A DNA stretch of 63,013 nt, filler included, from Trichomonas gallinae (GCA_008369845.1; 7 parts of 7 records of this genome joined end to end with filler, not necessarily neighbours in it); one strand, 5' to 3'; shown: positions 47,350-58,850, counted from the first letter of the whole stretch. Numbers and translations: made by a program. The notes: generated by a model from the sequence alone, not told the origin.

Positions 47350-49737
47350 TTAATTGCTAGACTCAAATGACCAGTTGTCTTCAACAATCTTAGTAATATT
47401 CCTGTAGATGGTAACTTTCCTGAGTGGCCTAAGGCTGAGAGATCCGCAGCAGAAAATAATGGCTCTGAGGATGCTTAATGCGTTAGAAGGCAAAACTTCG
47501 TTCGATGTGGCCAAAAATCTTGTGAACTTCTTTATGAAGCTCTTTCTCATCACACAGCTAGTCGATGGGGTGCTTCTGAAGAGGATGGATATCTTCTGAG
47601 GGATGATGAATTCTCCGAATACAGAAGCACGCATAAAGCCCTTCAAAAGTTCCTTTGACATCATATCTTCTTCCAAGACAGCATTGCCGGTCAAAATCGC
47701 GCGCCAGATCTTAGATGTTGGATTCTTTATGTCATCGAAGTTAACTCTGTTGATGACTGAAGAAAGTAATGAAGCGTAAATTCTATCACCGAATATCATC
47801 AGTCTAAACGCCTCTTCGAGGTTCTGTATGACGCCTGGGTCGTCGTATCCTCTTCTGACGATGGCGATATATACCTGGGCGATCTGGAGATTGACGTTTG
47901 GGAAGCCGTACTCAATCCATGATGCTGAGTGCTTCATCAAAGAGATCAATAATGGTATGGTGAGATGATGAACATCAATAACTTCTCTTAATGCGTTGAA
48001 CAATTGTGAGAAGAACTTGTCGAATTCAGCTGGATCTTCAAAGTTTGTCTTGACGACTTCTGAGATTTTCTGGACGACCTGATCGAAATTAGCTGATGGG
48101 AAGACATTAGATGATGTGATAATGAATAAGAAGCTGCCTTTAAACATGTCTTTGTCCTTGGTGATAGAAAAGACTTTGATGGCATAAAGCTTGCATGCCT
48201 GGGAAAACTCGTTGCCGACAACTTTGTAGCATTCTTCTAATAACTCAAGGTTCGATAAATCATTTGCCACTGGCTTGCCGATAACCTCTAAAATCTTGCT
48301 CTTTGCAGTGTACTGCATCGCTGGGACTTTGGAGAACAGGAAGATACCAGCCTGCGCCAGAAGGATAGGAGTAATTGGTGTCTTTGAGAACAATTTGAAT
48401 AATTTAAGTCTGTTGTTTGTGATTTTGATTGTTGCACGCTGAATAATTAGAGAAAGCATGAAGTCCTGCATCTTTTCAACAATGTCTGGAACGAATTCTT
48501 GTGGGCAATACTTGAGGCACAACTCGATTGAATTGGGTGAAACATCCAAGTCGAACAATGACTTGAAGATGAACATCGCACGTTCTTTCTTGATCAACAA
48601 AGCGAGCCAGAGATGTTTGGCGGATGCTGTGAATGTCAGTGTCTTGCAGGAGATGTCGTTTGCGAGTTTGAGGCCTGTCAAAATGCTCTCTTCGGATAAT
48701 TGGTTATGTGTGTTCAATATCTTTGTCATAACTCTGACCAATGTCAACAGGTGGACATCATGTGGAGAGTTATGCCTCATGTTTTCGACCTGCTTCACGA
48801 ATAATGGGATGTACTGTGGGAATCTTTCGATCAAGAACAAATCTGGCTTGGACTTCTTGAAGTCGTCGTACAAATCTGGATACAACTCGGAGATGTACTT
48901 ATCCAAGTAGTCAACAGATGATTTCTGGACTCCTTCGCTCATCAAAAATGCGAAGAAAATGTCACTCTCCAAAATCTTCTTCGGTCTGTACTTGAGTAAC
49001 GCGTCCGCTGTCTGTATTGGCGCATAAGAGATGAATGTTATGATTAATTTCTTTCCTTGGTCAGTGTCGATCTTCAAGATCTCAGAGATTGTGTGAAAAG
49101 TCAAGTCGTAGTTTGTGACATCGTTTAAAAAGGAGACAGACTGGATTGTGCATTCGCCGTTCTTCAGCAAGCAGAGCAATGTTGAGTGTGCTGCCTTGAT
49201 GATCTCCTTGTCTTTGTTGAGAGAATCGCGCTGAACAGCTGTCAAGACGACGACGTAGAACTCTGTGACCTTCGGAGTGTGCGGGACTTTTCCTGCTGAG
49301 ATCAGCGAGCAGATGATACCCAAGGCAACAACGTAGTCGTTGCAGCGTGTGATGTCTGGTCTTGCGTCGAATAATGCGATGACTTTCTCGACGAATGTCT
49401 TGCCTGATGCTGTGTCGAATGTCTTCGGGTTCTCCTCCCAGCATTGAAGGATATATCTGATGTATGCGGCGATATCATCCAAGCTCTGCTCGAATGATAT
49501 GTGTGGAACTAGGAGAGGAAGACCTGTGCCGGACATCTTTGCGATGTATCTGTGTGACTTTGTGCTAGAGATGATGGAGATGAACTGAGCTGGAGCGATG
49601 AATTGAGCGCCCATTAAGTCGTGCAGCTCCAAGGAATACATGGAGGCGACACCCTCCAAGAACCAAGGCATTTTCTCTGAGTACTTGACCATGGACTTGA
49701 AGACTGGTATTGCGAGTGGATGGTTCCTGCTTGCGAG
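47350..49737 (-). CDS. Large helical-repeat hypothetical protein, 5' end lost at gap
   Basis: Frame stays open up to the linker (LASRNHPLAIPVFKSM..); strong codon bias. Confidence 0.75.
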   Translation of the reverse strand, partial: LASRNHPLAIPVFKSMVKYSEKMPWFLEGVASMYSLELHDLMGAQFIAPAQFISIISSTKSHRYIAKMSGTGLPLLVPHISFEQSLDDIAAYIRYILQCWEENPKTFDTASGKTFVEKVIALFDARPDITRCNDYVVALGIICSLISAGKVPHTPKVTEFYVVVLTAVQRDSLNKDKEIIKAAHSTLLCLLKNGECTIQSVSFLNDVTNYDLTFHTISEILKIDTDQGKKLIITFISYAPIQTADALLKYRPKKILESDIFFAFLMSEGVQKSSVDYLDKYISELYPDLYDDFKKSKPDLFLIERFPQYIPLFVKQVENMRHNSPHDVHLLTLVRVMTKILNTHNQLSEESILTGLKLANDISCKTLTFTASAKHLWLALLIKKERAMFIFKSLFDLDVSPNSIELCLKYCPQEFVPDIVEKMQDFMLSLIIQRATIKITNNRLKLFKLFSKTPITPILLAQAGIFLFSKVPAMQYTAKSKILEVIGKPVANDLSNLELLEECYKVVGNEFSQACKLYAIKVFSITKDKDMFKGSFLFIITSSNVFPSANFDQVVQKISEVVKTNFEDPAEFDKFFSQLFNALREVIDVHHLTIPLLISLMKHSASWIEYGFPNVNLQIAQVYIAIVRRGYDDPGVIQNLEEAFRLMIFGDRIYASLLSSVINRVNFDDIKNPTSKIWRAILTGNAVLEEDMMSKELLKGFMRASVFGEFIIPQKISILFRSTPSTSCVMRKSFIKKFTRFLATSNEVLPSNALSILRAIIFCCGSLSLRPLRKVTIYRNITKIVEDNWSFESSN

Positions 49738-49837
49738 NNNNNNNNNNNNNNNNNNNNNNNNNNNNNNNNNNNNNNNNNNNNTTAATTAATTAANNNNNNN
49801 NNNNNNNNNNNNNNNNNNNNNNNNNNNNNNNNNNNNN
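49738..49837. other. Artificial contig linker
   Basis: N44-TTAATTAATTAA-N44. Confidence 0.98.
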
Positions 49838-49915
49838 AATATCAAATAAAAACGACCAAAAAAATTGAATACGTATCGAAAAAGCTGTCTGACATCGAAA
49901 AAATGAGCAACAGTA
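49838..49915 (-). mobile_element. Possible end of a TA-targeting DNA transposon
   Basis: 76 bp ending GAGCAACAG|TA, the same distance from the gap as the other element ends. Confidence 0.3.
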
Positions 49916-50266
49916 AACAAATTCTTTATAATTCTTTATTTCGATTCTATAAACGACCAACTATCATTCTAAAATGTTTATAATGGAAAATTTAATAACT
50001 TTCTTTTATCTGAAAGATTTTTTCCAACAAATTTGATTTTATAACATATGAAAGGATATTATATTCAAATTTTTAATTAAAACCAAAAATTGATCAAATC
50101 TTTGGAAAATTTTTCAAAATTTATGCTTTATTGAACAATGACAACTTAAAACAGTTTTAATATTTAGTTATAACCTCATTATTGATATTACCGTCGAGAT
50201 ATACTTAAATCTTATTAACAAATATTATAAATTTTTTAATATATCATATAAAAGACAATTTTCTTA

Positions 50267-53200
50267 TTAGTGGTTTTCATGTTTTTGTTTGTTTTCTTCT
50301 TGAAATTGTTTGGCTGCTCGCTGAAGAATCTTGAGGAAATTATAGAAATTATCATATAATAGCGGCTGATCCATTAATCTATCTTCAGCATCAAATCTGT
50401 TATTTTTAACGTCATAATCCGCCCTCTCAAAGAAGTTTTTAAGAACTTCGTTAAACTTTGGCATTGTCGCTCTCAGATAAAAGAATCCCATTATTGATTT
50501 TCTATATGATTGCTTGGATGTGTCAATGCTTTGCAGATTTAAGCACATGCAGGAAGTGAAAAGACATTCGAATATTGTGGGCGATTGCGGTTCATGAACT
50601 TCGTCGCAAATATATGGGAAGAATTTCTTCATGAATGAGTTGAAGAAATTAAGCATGAACCATGGATGAGCAGAATCCCATGAATACCACTGTGGTATAA
50701 CTTCACAAATGATATGCATATGGTCTTCAAAGTTTTCTTCATTAATCCAAACTAAATACTTGGTGTACAAAAGAATGATATCCTCGCGTAATCTATCATC
50801 TCTAGCAGTAGTTTGTAGTATTTCATCATTAAACAATTCCACCAACAAATTGCACAAAGTATATGCAGTGTCGACTGGAAGAGGAAGCCTCTTGATCACG
50901 TACCACAAGTATTCATACGCATTCTCGAACATGACGCCAAGCGGACGGTCAACGGGCGTGAGGTGCTGGAAATAGTCTTCTTGTCCTCTCTCTGGATTAA
51001 TGACTTTGTTTACTGGCCTGTAGTGCAACATTTCGTTGAGATATGGAAATAGTTCGTTGTAAACAACGCCTGATTGATCCCATGACATGAACAATAAGAG
51101 GAATTTAATCGTTAATTGCTTGACTTGCTGATTCTGAATGTATTGTTGTATAGTCGGCCATATCTGCTCTTTGAACTGCGGAACAACATAATCTGGTGCC
51201 TGTTTCGCTAGCCTATTGAACAAGGATAGGGCGTCATCAATATAGTTGATTTGTGTTTCTTCGAAGAAAACATAGTTTCCAATATCTTCTTCTGACGTCT
51301 GTTTGGAGTAGTATAGCTCAACAACGTGGAACCACATCTGAGTCAGTTTCACACAATATGAAAAGAACATCGGAATTACATCTTCGAACTCTGTCAGATT
51401 AATTTTTTGATATGTGATAAATTGGTTCCAGTGGTCAACAAATTTGTTGAGACAGATAGGAGTCCACGGCATGTTCAGCAGTGGGGCTGTGAGCTGGAAG
51501 TATTTCACGAGCAATGTTTTAAGTAGTTCATTCTTAGCTTCTGTTTCTTCTACAGGGAAGTTGGTTTCAATGCATTCATAAACTTTGTACAGCAATATGA
51601 AAGTCTCGTTGACAAGTGTGTCGACGAAATACTGCTGCTCAATGAATCCATAGGATATAGTCAGGATTTGGTTCAACAGTGCGCTGTTGTCAGCCATGAG
51701 GCGCATGAAGTCTTGGGGAGTGTTTAGCAGAGTTGTGAGTGTTTGAATGGCATTCTTGACAACTTCGATTGATTCTTTCTCAATTATGAACCTGAAGGCA
51801 CCAGGAATATTCTCGACTGAATAGAAAGCGTTGAGATCCAAATACTCTGTCTTCGGGACATCTTTGAATTCTAGAGGCTGCTGTAGGATTGTCAAACAGT
51901 TTGAAAGAAGATCTCCAGCGTATTCGTTGATATAATCGCCGAGTAAATTAACGAGAATTGACATGGCTTTGTTTAGTTCCATGACTCGTTTTGGAGCTAT
52001 ACCTTCTTGGGCGATCATTGAGTTGCATGTGTCGTAAGCGGATTTGGCATACTGTGGAATTTGTTCTAATATTTTGGCGTATGTTTCTTGCACATTGTTA
52101 GTTGCTTTGAGAAATTCCGCCATTCCATACACAATAGTCGTCTTTACTTTGTCGTTGTCTTCATATTTCGAGAATAACTCTGAGTATGTATTCATAACGT
52201 TCTCAATCTCTGATGGGTCGAGGGTCTTGATGAGGCATTGCGTAAATAATTTAATTGCAAAAGCAACTGTTTTTTCTGTTGTAATTGAATCGTTTTCCAA
52301 TACTTGAAGAATTCTTTCGATTATTTCTGGCACTGAATTCTTAATTTCCGAGTGATTAGTAAGCCAAGCCTCGGCGACTAAATTATGGATTGTTTTCAGA
52401 GCCCAGTATTTTATTATTTGAAATTCTTCAGCCATTTCCTGCTGGACGATGCTCATATTCAAATTCAAAAATTCTGTTAAGTCTATTTGAAGTTCTTCAG
52501 GTTTAAAATGAGCAGGCATCGGAGAATATATGGACAGCAGTTTGAGAATGACGCATTGAAGTTTTGGCTCGCTTTCTTGAGTGAGTTCTGGTAGAATGCT
52601 TTTGAGAATAAATTTATTATAATTCAAAGTGAATAAAAGCGGGTGCGATTGCGAAATAAAGCATAAGAGACCATATTTATACGTTGTATCGCCATCTGTG
52701 AATATCGATTTGATAATTTCTAATATTGGATCTTCGATATCTTTATAGATTAGAAATGTTATTGGTTTAACTAAGTTTTGTGCAACAGATGCCGGTGAAT
52801 AATCATCCACATCTGGCATTTCTGATGTATTTAATACTTTAACAAAGACTTCGCAAAGATCATTGCAAAAATCTGGCGTGCAGCGGGCCACTTCAGTTGA
52901 GTATTGAACTATTGAGTACAATATGTAGATACCTTGCGTCATGACTTGTTCATCTGAGAAGGTTAAAATGTTTTCTTTAACAAATGATGTGAGGGGAATG
53001 ATAAGATTGTTTAAAAATGGCGAGCCTTTCTCACAAAATGTACAAATAATTCTAAAACACTTTGCAACATCGGATTGCGCGATCATTTGCTTTACAATTT
53101 CAAAATATTGTAGTAATTCAGGCGATTCTGGAACTTTGCTTATAATACAAAAGTATAATAAGACTGTTTCGGTTGGATATGCGTTGTTGTTTTGAAGTAA

Positions 53201-53701
53201 TTGCATCAAAAGTTCGGCGGAAAAATTACAAAGGTCATCTGACGCTTCAATTGTCTCAGAAACAATAGTAAGTATATATTCAGCCGATACATTCTGCGCC
53301 AAACTCATGATGACTTCGTTGATATCGAAACCAGAATCTGCACCAAGGCGGTGAATGTGTGCATTTAAGTATGCATCGATGCTGCAAAGGATGCCTTTGT
53401 AATGCTTATCAATTTTATTGCTGGTTAAAAGCCCGACAATGTTATTTTTAAACGTTGTCCAAATTTGCGGTGTAGATTCTGGATTGAGTGCGTTAATTTG
53501 ACGTTTACAGATTGATAAGAGAATAACAATGCAATAAGATCGAAGCGTGTGATCAATGTCAGCACAAATCAAATTAATTAGCAGAATAAGGAACTCTTGA
53601 GTTTGATTAGCAAAAAGATTATCTCTGACCTGCTCCGCTTCATGACGTAGATCGTTATCTGTCGAGTTACACTGAGTTAAAACTCTTGCAAGATCTTCCA
53701 T
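50267..53701 (-). CDS. Importin-beta/karyopherin family HEAT protein
   Basis: MEDLARVLTQCNSTDNDLRHEAE..LRSYCIVIL N-terminus; ~1144 aa, acidic HEAT composition. Confidence 0.75.
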   Translation of the reverse strand: MEDLARVLTQCNSTDNDLRHEAEQVRDNLFANQTQEFLILLINLICADIDHTLRSYCIVILLSICKRQINALNPESTPQIWTTFKNNIVGLLTSNKIDKHYKGILCSIDAYLNAHIHRLGADSGFDINEVIMSLAQNVSAEYILTIVSETIEASDDLCNFSAELLMQLLQNNNAYPTETVLLYFCIISKVPESPELLQYFEIVKQMIAQSDVAKCFRIICTFCEKGSPFLNNLIIPLTSFVKENILTFSDEQVMTQGIYILYSIVQYSTEVARCTPDFCNDLCEVFVKVLNTSEMPDVDDYSPASVAQNLVKPITFLIYKDIEDPILEIIKSIFTDGDTTYKYGLLCFISQSHPLLFTLNYNKFILKSILPELTQESEPKLQCVILKLLSIYSPMPAHFKPEELQIDLTEFLNLNMSIVQQEMAEEFQIIKYWALKTIHNLVAEAWLTNHSEIKNSVPEIIERILQVLENDSITTEKTVAFAIKLFTQCLIKTLDPSEIENVMNTYSELFSKYEDNDKVKTTIVYGMAEFLKATNNVQETYAKILEQIPQYAKSAYDTCNSMIAQEGIAPKRVMELNKAMSILVNLLGDYINEYAGDLLSNCLTILQQPLEFKDVPKTEYLDLNAFYSVENIPGAFRFIIEKESIEVVKNAIQTLTTLLNTPQDFMRLMADNSALLNQILTISYGFIEQQYFVDTLVNETFILLYKVYECIETNFPVEETEAKNELLKTLLVKYFQLTAPLLNMPWTPICLNKFVDHWNQFITYQKINLTEFEDVIPMFFSYCVKLTQMWFHVVELYYSKQTSEEDIGNYVFFEETQINYIDDALSLFNRLAKQAPDYVVPQFKEQIWPTIQQYIQNQQVKQLTIKFLLLFMSWDQSGVVYNELFPYLNEMLHYRPVNKVINPERGQEDYFQHLTPVDRPLGVMFENAYEYLWYVIKRLPLPVDTAYTLCNLLVELFNDEILQTTARDDRLREDIILLYTKYLVWINEENFEDHMHIICEVIPQWYSWDSAHPWFMLNFFNSFMKKFFPYICDEVHEPQSPTIFECLFTSCMCLNLQSIDTSKQSYRKSIMGFFYLRATMPKFNEVLKNFFERADYDVKNNRFDAEDRLMDQPLLYDNFYNFLKILQRAAKQFQEENKQKHENH

Positions 53702-53944
53702 TAATTTTTTTTTATATTTTTTTGCGAAAAAATCCATAATTATATTATGACAAGCAATGTTAAGATTATCACATTCAAAATTTTCGATAATTGTAAACAT
53801 ATCAAAACTATCTTCATGAAGATATCTCTTTAGCAATCATTTACCAATATTTTGTAAGGCAACAGTGATTTAATTATATTTTGACACGTAAATATATTTT
53901 TTTGACAATTATTCGACCACTTTATTTTTTTTTTTTTAACATAT

Positions 53945-54022
53945 TTAAGGGACCGTTCTAACCGTTTTTTGTAAACTTTACAACGGAAAAAATTTTGTAT
54001 TTTTGCACCTATTTTGATCAAG
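53945..54022 (+). mobile_element. Putative Kolobok-like transposon end at a TTAA site
   Basis: TTAA|GGGACCGTTC, then 74 bp to the gap. Confidence 0.45.
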
Positions 54023-54122
54023 NNNNNNNNNNNNNNNNNNNNNNNNNNNNNNNNNNNNNNNNNNNNTTAATTAATTAANNNNNNNNNNNNNNNNNNNNNN
54101 NNNNNNNNNNNNNNNNNNNNNN
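54023..54122. other. Artificial contig linker
   Basis: N44-TTAATTAATTAA-N44. Confidence 0.98.
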
Positions 54123-54202
54123 ACAAGCAGCAATCGAAGCATCCATATCCGTCATCTTCACAGCAACACAAATCATAGCAGCAACCGCATCTTATGAAAT
54201 AT
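54123..54202 (-). pseudogene. Fragment of the Cys-rich F5/8-type-C (discoidin-like) family, not in the ORF track
   Basis: Minus strand reads YFIRCGCCYDLCCCEDDGYGCFDCCL, matching the 55896 and 56304 genes. Confidence 0.75.
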
Positions 54203-54987
54203 TATCATTGCGTTCTTTTTCCGAAGCCTATAGTTTTTCCATTTGAGTTTCCCATTTATAAATATATTCGATTCGAATTAAAAATAAATCATGCTTTGTT
54301 TGCACATCAAAGTTGCTTTGACAAGTTCTGATTTAACCGGGAAATTATTCCTAATTTTTTCTTATTGCACTTTTAACATTAAACCCTTATGCCACATTAA
54401 TTTTCAAGCAAGAACACAGTGCTATCTGATAGATGGTATCATAGCAATACTGTTAAGCATGATTCGTTCGATTTTCATACTTTGAACCATGTTATCATTT
54501 ATGATATCTGAAACAAAAATTGATTTAAACCTTTATAATTTGTATCCTATAAATCTGCAAGAGCTATATTATATGAGAATTATAGTAGTTAATCCATATC
54601 ACATAAAACATCAGATGCTAAATTTTGAATCGCAATAATATATCGATTTGGAAACTAATTGGAAGAAACACTGATTCTTATGTCATATGCACATATCATT
54701 AATATAATTAAATGTCTATTCAAATCAATTTTTTTTAAATAACAGTTTTTTAAAATAAATGTTGAAGGATATACAAAGCAACGATATATTGTCTATAAAA
54801 ACACACGTGAATGCCATTTACTTTTATAATTCAAATTACACATTTGATTCCCAAGACTTGATTAAGCAAATATCAAATTTGTTTTCAATCACAATCTGAA
54901 TATACCTATAGTAATTTGTTATTTTAAGAAAACATATTTATATAAATCAATGAAATATTTTATTTTAATACAACAATCTATTGGATT

Positions 54988-55524
54988 CTAATTAAAGCGG
55001 ATATTTTGGAGACCCTCTTCAAAAGCACTCTTTGGGTCATCTTGAGTAATTGAATTTTTGATTAGACTTAGAAGCTGCACATCGGCAATTGAGTTGCCTG
55101 TTTCGAACCAGAATCTACCATTCATGCCAGGAGCAACTCTTAATTTAGATTTTTGCGAAACCATTTTTGTAAATTCGATTTGATCGATTACTTTCATATC
55201 ATTTTGGCGTAATCTAAGAACTGTTCCTCCAGTGAGTCTTCCTAATGTCTCAGTTTTCGTTCTTGGCAAGCAAGATAATAAAACTTCACCAGCTTCAGGG
55301 ACATCTTCAACCCAACCGACAATTAATTCACCCTTATCGAATTTTGGAGCTGTTTGCTTGGTTACACCAGCAAAAGCCATTCCAGGAAGAAAGGCATTAT
55401 GACTTGAGCCGATATCAACAAGCCAATCATCACCAAATTTCCTGTCAACAATTCCTATTATAATATCACCCTTTTTTGGCTTGTAAAAACTGTTTGTGTG
55501 ACCAATTGTTTTTCCTGCTTCCAT
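54988..55524 (-). CDS. RRP40: Exosome cap subunit Rrp40 (S1+KH)
   Basis: YKPKKGDIIIGIV..VDIGS..AFAGVTKQTAP..GELI; PGMNGRFW. Confidence 0.88.
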   Translation of the reverse strand: MEAGKTIGHTNSFYKPKKGDIIIGIVDRKFGDDWLVDIGSSHNAFLPGMAFAGVTKQTAPKFDKGELIVGWVEDVPEAGEVLLSCLPRTKTETLGRLTGGTVLRLRQNDMKVIDQIEFTKMVSQKSKLRVAPGMNGRFWFETGNSIADVQLLSLIKNSITQDDPKSAFEEGLQNIRFN

Positions 55525-55895
55525 TTTTTTTGTGACTTTTAGCACTTTTTAAAAAATTTTGTTTTGTCATCTTTCATCCTGACATTATTATTTTACATGT
55601 CAAAATAAACACAATCTGCCTAATTTCAAACTTCAAATCATCAGCTATCAGCAGTCTGTTATTCATTTTGGATGATGAAGTTGTAACTATTTTATGACAT
55701 TTGATGTCATTACAAGCTTTAAAAAGTGAGGAACGAAAAAAGTAAGCAGAAGCTATCAAAATACTATTTCATCATCCAATATGAATGGAATAGCAGACTT
55801 CCTTTTTCACCATGGTGCACCACACTTTTCCCCTCAAAATTGAATAGTGGTGCAAAAGTGAACAACTCCTAGAAACCCAGATAAAAAGTGACAAA

Positions 55896-56261
55896 ATGTT
55901 TTTATTGTTTCCTTTTTGTTTTTCAAGTGAAAAAGGAGTCATTTCCAAATACTACAACGAGAAAATCGTTAACATAGAAGCGAGTGGATCAACCAAGCAA
56001 GATATAAATGGCTCACGCCAACTAACAAAACCGGAATACGCAATTTATCCATGGGATAAAAGATATGATTGGTGTTCGAATGTTGGAAGATCATATTCAG
56101 TTCATCCTTGGATAGCAATTAGCCTTGAAAAAAGGAAAATTAAATTCAATGGATATTTCATAAGATGCGGCTGCTGCTATGATTTTGTTTCATTCCACGA
56201 CGATGATGAGGATGTCAGCATAATTGGACATATTTCAAAGAATGCACACGCTCATAAATAA
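55896..56261 (+). pseudogene. Cys-rich F5/8-type-C family gene, apparently internally deleted
   Basis: Signal peptide, ASGSTKQ..KPEYAIYPW..WCS..YFIRCGCCYD, then lacks the second half present in the neighbouring copy. Confidence 0.65.
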
Positions 56262-56303
56262 AGCACATAATTTATGTTCGAGTAAAATTCTATATGTAAT
56301 ATT

Positions 56304-56814
56304 TTACAGCAAAATTAGAAATTCTCGTCCAAATAATTCAAATCTATCGATGGTCATGCATGGAGGAAATCCTTGACATGGTTGCATATGTATAATCCTC
56401 ACATACTTCACTGCATATTCCTGATCGAGCTTGAAAGATTTCTCCTTGCAGCGTCGCATTGCATTGTCTTTTTCAACACGGTGAACATCCTTCCATGTTT
56501 TATTATCATCTGAGATTTGCAGATTCCAGTTGTACAAACAACAATCATAGCATCCATAGCCATCCATTATACAGCAACAATCTTCGTAGCAGCAACCAGT
56601 TCTTATAAAATATCTGTTAAATTTAAATTTTCTGTTTTTAAGTGTATATGAAATGAAAGGTTTTTTATCATAGTCTTTGTTCCATGGATATATCGAATAT
56701 TCTGGTTTTTTTTGGTTGAATTGAGCCATTTATGCCTTGATTGGAAGAACCACTTGCATTAATAACAAGTTCTTTATGATTAAAATGCTCTGACATAATT
56801 CCTTTTATATCCAT
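56304..56814 (-). pseudogene. Cys-rich F5/8-type-C family gene, frameshifted
   Basis: MDIKGIMSEHF..ASGSSNQGINGS, a shift in the A-run near 56710, then PEYSIYPW..WNLQISDDNKTW..KYVRII..FELFG. Confidence 0.75.
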
Positions 56815-57157
56815 TCATCACTTTAATAAAAATTGAGTTTCTGAAATCAACAGAATAAATCAACCAGTAAAATTCGTCATTTTTCTATTTGCTCTGTGAG
56901 GTAAAAATTATCCAAAAGATGCAAAAAGTTCTCAAAACAAAACAGCTTTGATTTTTGCTTCATGAAAAAATCATTGTAAAGTTGACAAACTCATTCTTGA
57001 AGGATTTTTACAATAGGACAGCTTTGATTTTTGCTTCAAAGAATGGATATCATGATAAGCTCTATGCATTTTAATATTTTGCAATATTGCATTAGTGTTT
57101 GCTTCATCAAATTATCACAAGAAAAAAAAAAAAAAAAAAAAAAAAAAATCGTCAAAT

Positions 57158-57257
57158 NNNNNNNNNNNNNNNNNNNNNNNNNNNNNNNNNNNNNNNNNNN
57201 NTTAATTAATTAANNNNNNNNNNNNNNNNNNNNNNNNNNNNNNNNNNNNNNNNNNNN
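57158..57257. other. Artificial contig linker
   Basis: N44-TTAATTAATTAA-N44. Confidence 0.98.
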
Positions 57258-57336
57258 TCAAAATTTTATCCGACCAAGAAGTTTTAAAAAATGGATCCTG
57301 GAAAATCCCAGGATTATTTCCAAATTTGCATCCCTA
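57258..57336 (-). mobile_element. hAT-like transposon end (terminus TAGGGATGCAAA)
   Basis: 79-bp inverted copy of 59199-59277 with one mismatch; ends TTTGCATCCCTA. Confidence 0.8.
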
Positions 57337-57349
57337 TTCCGACCATATT

Positions 57350-57574
57350 TCACAAAATGAATTGGATCTGCATTCTGGCAAATTGACGAAGGACGATAGC
57401 AAGTTGCCGATAAAAGTCAACTTCTTGTGTTTCTGTATAGTTGATATTTTCCTCGAAGATTTTAAAGACATTTCCTTCTTCTAAAGTGTAGATCTCGTCG
57501 CATATATCTTCGTAGCCTTGGTATTCACTCACCAAGTAATTGAACAAGTTGATGTCGAAGTTGTCTTCAGACAT
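57350..57574 (-). pseudogene. Short ORF, probably a truncated 5' gene fragment next to the transposon end
   Basis: TCATTT before the ATG, coding-like codon use, TGA 13 bp before the element. Confidence 0.4.
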
Positions 57575-57968
57575 TTAAATAAAATGATGTTTTTCAAAAT
57601 TTTCTTCCATTTTTAAAATCTATCAATAGCACTGAAAAACACCATCATAACAAATCTATATTTTGTATCAATTTAGCTTGGTAATTATTTTAAATTTTGA
57701 AAATATTTCGAAAATTCTATTGCAAAGCAATTAAAATGATGATTTGTTATTTCTTTGCTTATTCTTACCAGTATATTATATTGACTTGATGCGAATTCAA
57801 AATGAATATTCTTCCGAAGCTGTTTATTAACCAAAAGCAGATGCAAGTGATATTTTCGGGAAGAATTCAAGGAAAGCTCGAGTGATTCACAAAAAAACAA
57901 CATTTTATTTCTAATCATTAAAATTAGCACAAAAATATGATAAATTTCTGGTATAATAAATCACTGTA

Positions 57969-58850
57969 TTAGTATCCTTCTGGTTTTGTCCTATCAAAGT
58001 TGATTTTAAGCTTTTTATGATACTTCTTTCCATTTTCATCCGTGAGAGTAAAGCGTATAAAGTAATTCACGAAGATTCTAGCGTTCTCAAATTCATTGTA
58101 GGGCCAGATATCAAGATCTCCGAGGAATAATCTAATTGGAATATGATCTCCACGGACAGGAGCTCCATCAAGTATCTCAAAACTCTTTAATTCAGTCTTG
58201 TCTTCGATATAATAGGCCTCGCCTTGATACCTTTCTGTTCTGAATATAGTTAAGGACATTTGAACTATGCGAAGTTGAACCATCACGAAGTAGGCAGCTC
58301 CAAGAATGCATTCTCTGCATGAATATTTGGAATTTGAAAAGACAATCTCGACATGGAAAAGATTATCGATTAAATAGTTTTCATTGTACTTAACAGGCGC
58401 TGTTTTCGGTTTAAGGAACACACAATCAAATGGTTCTTGGACCTTGAAGTCAAGAAATTTGTGTGCTACTACAACTTGAAGATAATACACACAATCTAAT
58501 GCCTTTCCATAGAAAGAGGGGCAAGGATACTTGATTTCATCGATTTTAAAATCGACTTTAAGAGGATATTTTAACTCTCCAGCAGGAGTCAATTCCATAT
58601 TCTTGACCACGAAATTGGATAAGGAGCTTCCTTCATGCCTTCTGTATTCCGCTACAATCTGCAGCATTATTCCTTTGTGCGATATTGATTTACCTGGTGG
58701 TGGAGTAATCTCCAATTTTCCTGTAACGGAATCATCACTCCTAAACAATGGCTTTTGCGTCTTCAAGAACTGCTCTCTGTACTTCTTGTTTTCCTCCTTC
58801 TCTTCGACGAAAATCTTGATGACAGGGTCAGTGCGGAAAAATCCAAGCAT
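57969..58850 (-). CDS. VPS26: Retromer subunit Vps26
   Basis: GKSISHKGI, PSFYG..YYLQV, HVEIVF..KY, FEILDGAPVRGDHIPIRLFL, DENGKKY. Confidence 0.95.
   Translation of the reverse strand: MLGFFRTDPVIKIFVEEKEENKKYREQFLKTQKPLFRSDDSVTGKLEITPPPGKSISHKGIMLQIVAEYRRHEGSSLSNFVVKNMELTPAGELKYPLKVDFKIDEIKYPCPSFYGKALDCVYYLQVVVAHKFLDFKVQEPFDCVFLKPKTAPVKYNENYLIDNLFHVEIVFSNSKYSCRECILGAAYFVMVQLRIVQMSLTIFRTERYQGEAYYIEDKTELKSFEILDGAPVRGDHIPIRLFLGDLDIWPYNEFENARIFVNYFIRFTLTDENGKKYHKKLKINFDRTKPEGY

Noticed and set aside
56942..57038. 21-bp direct repeat ACAGCTTTGATTTTTGCTTCA
   Set aside because: Only two copies near a contig end, with no element structure to support a call
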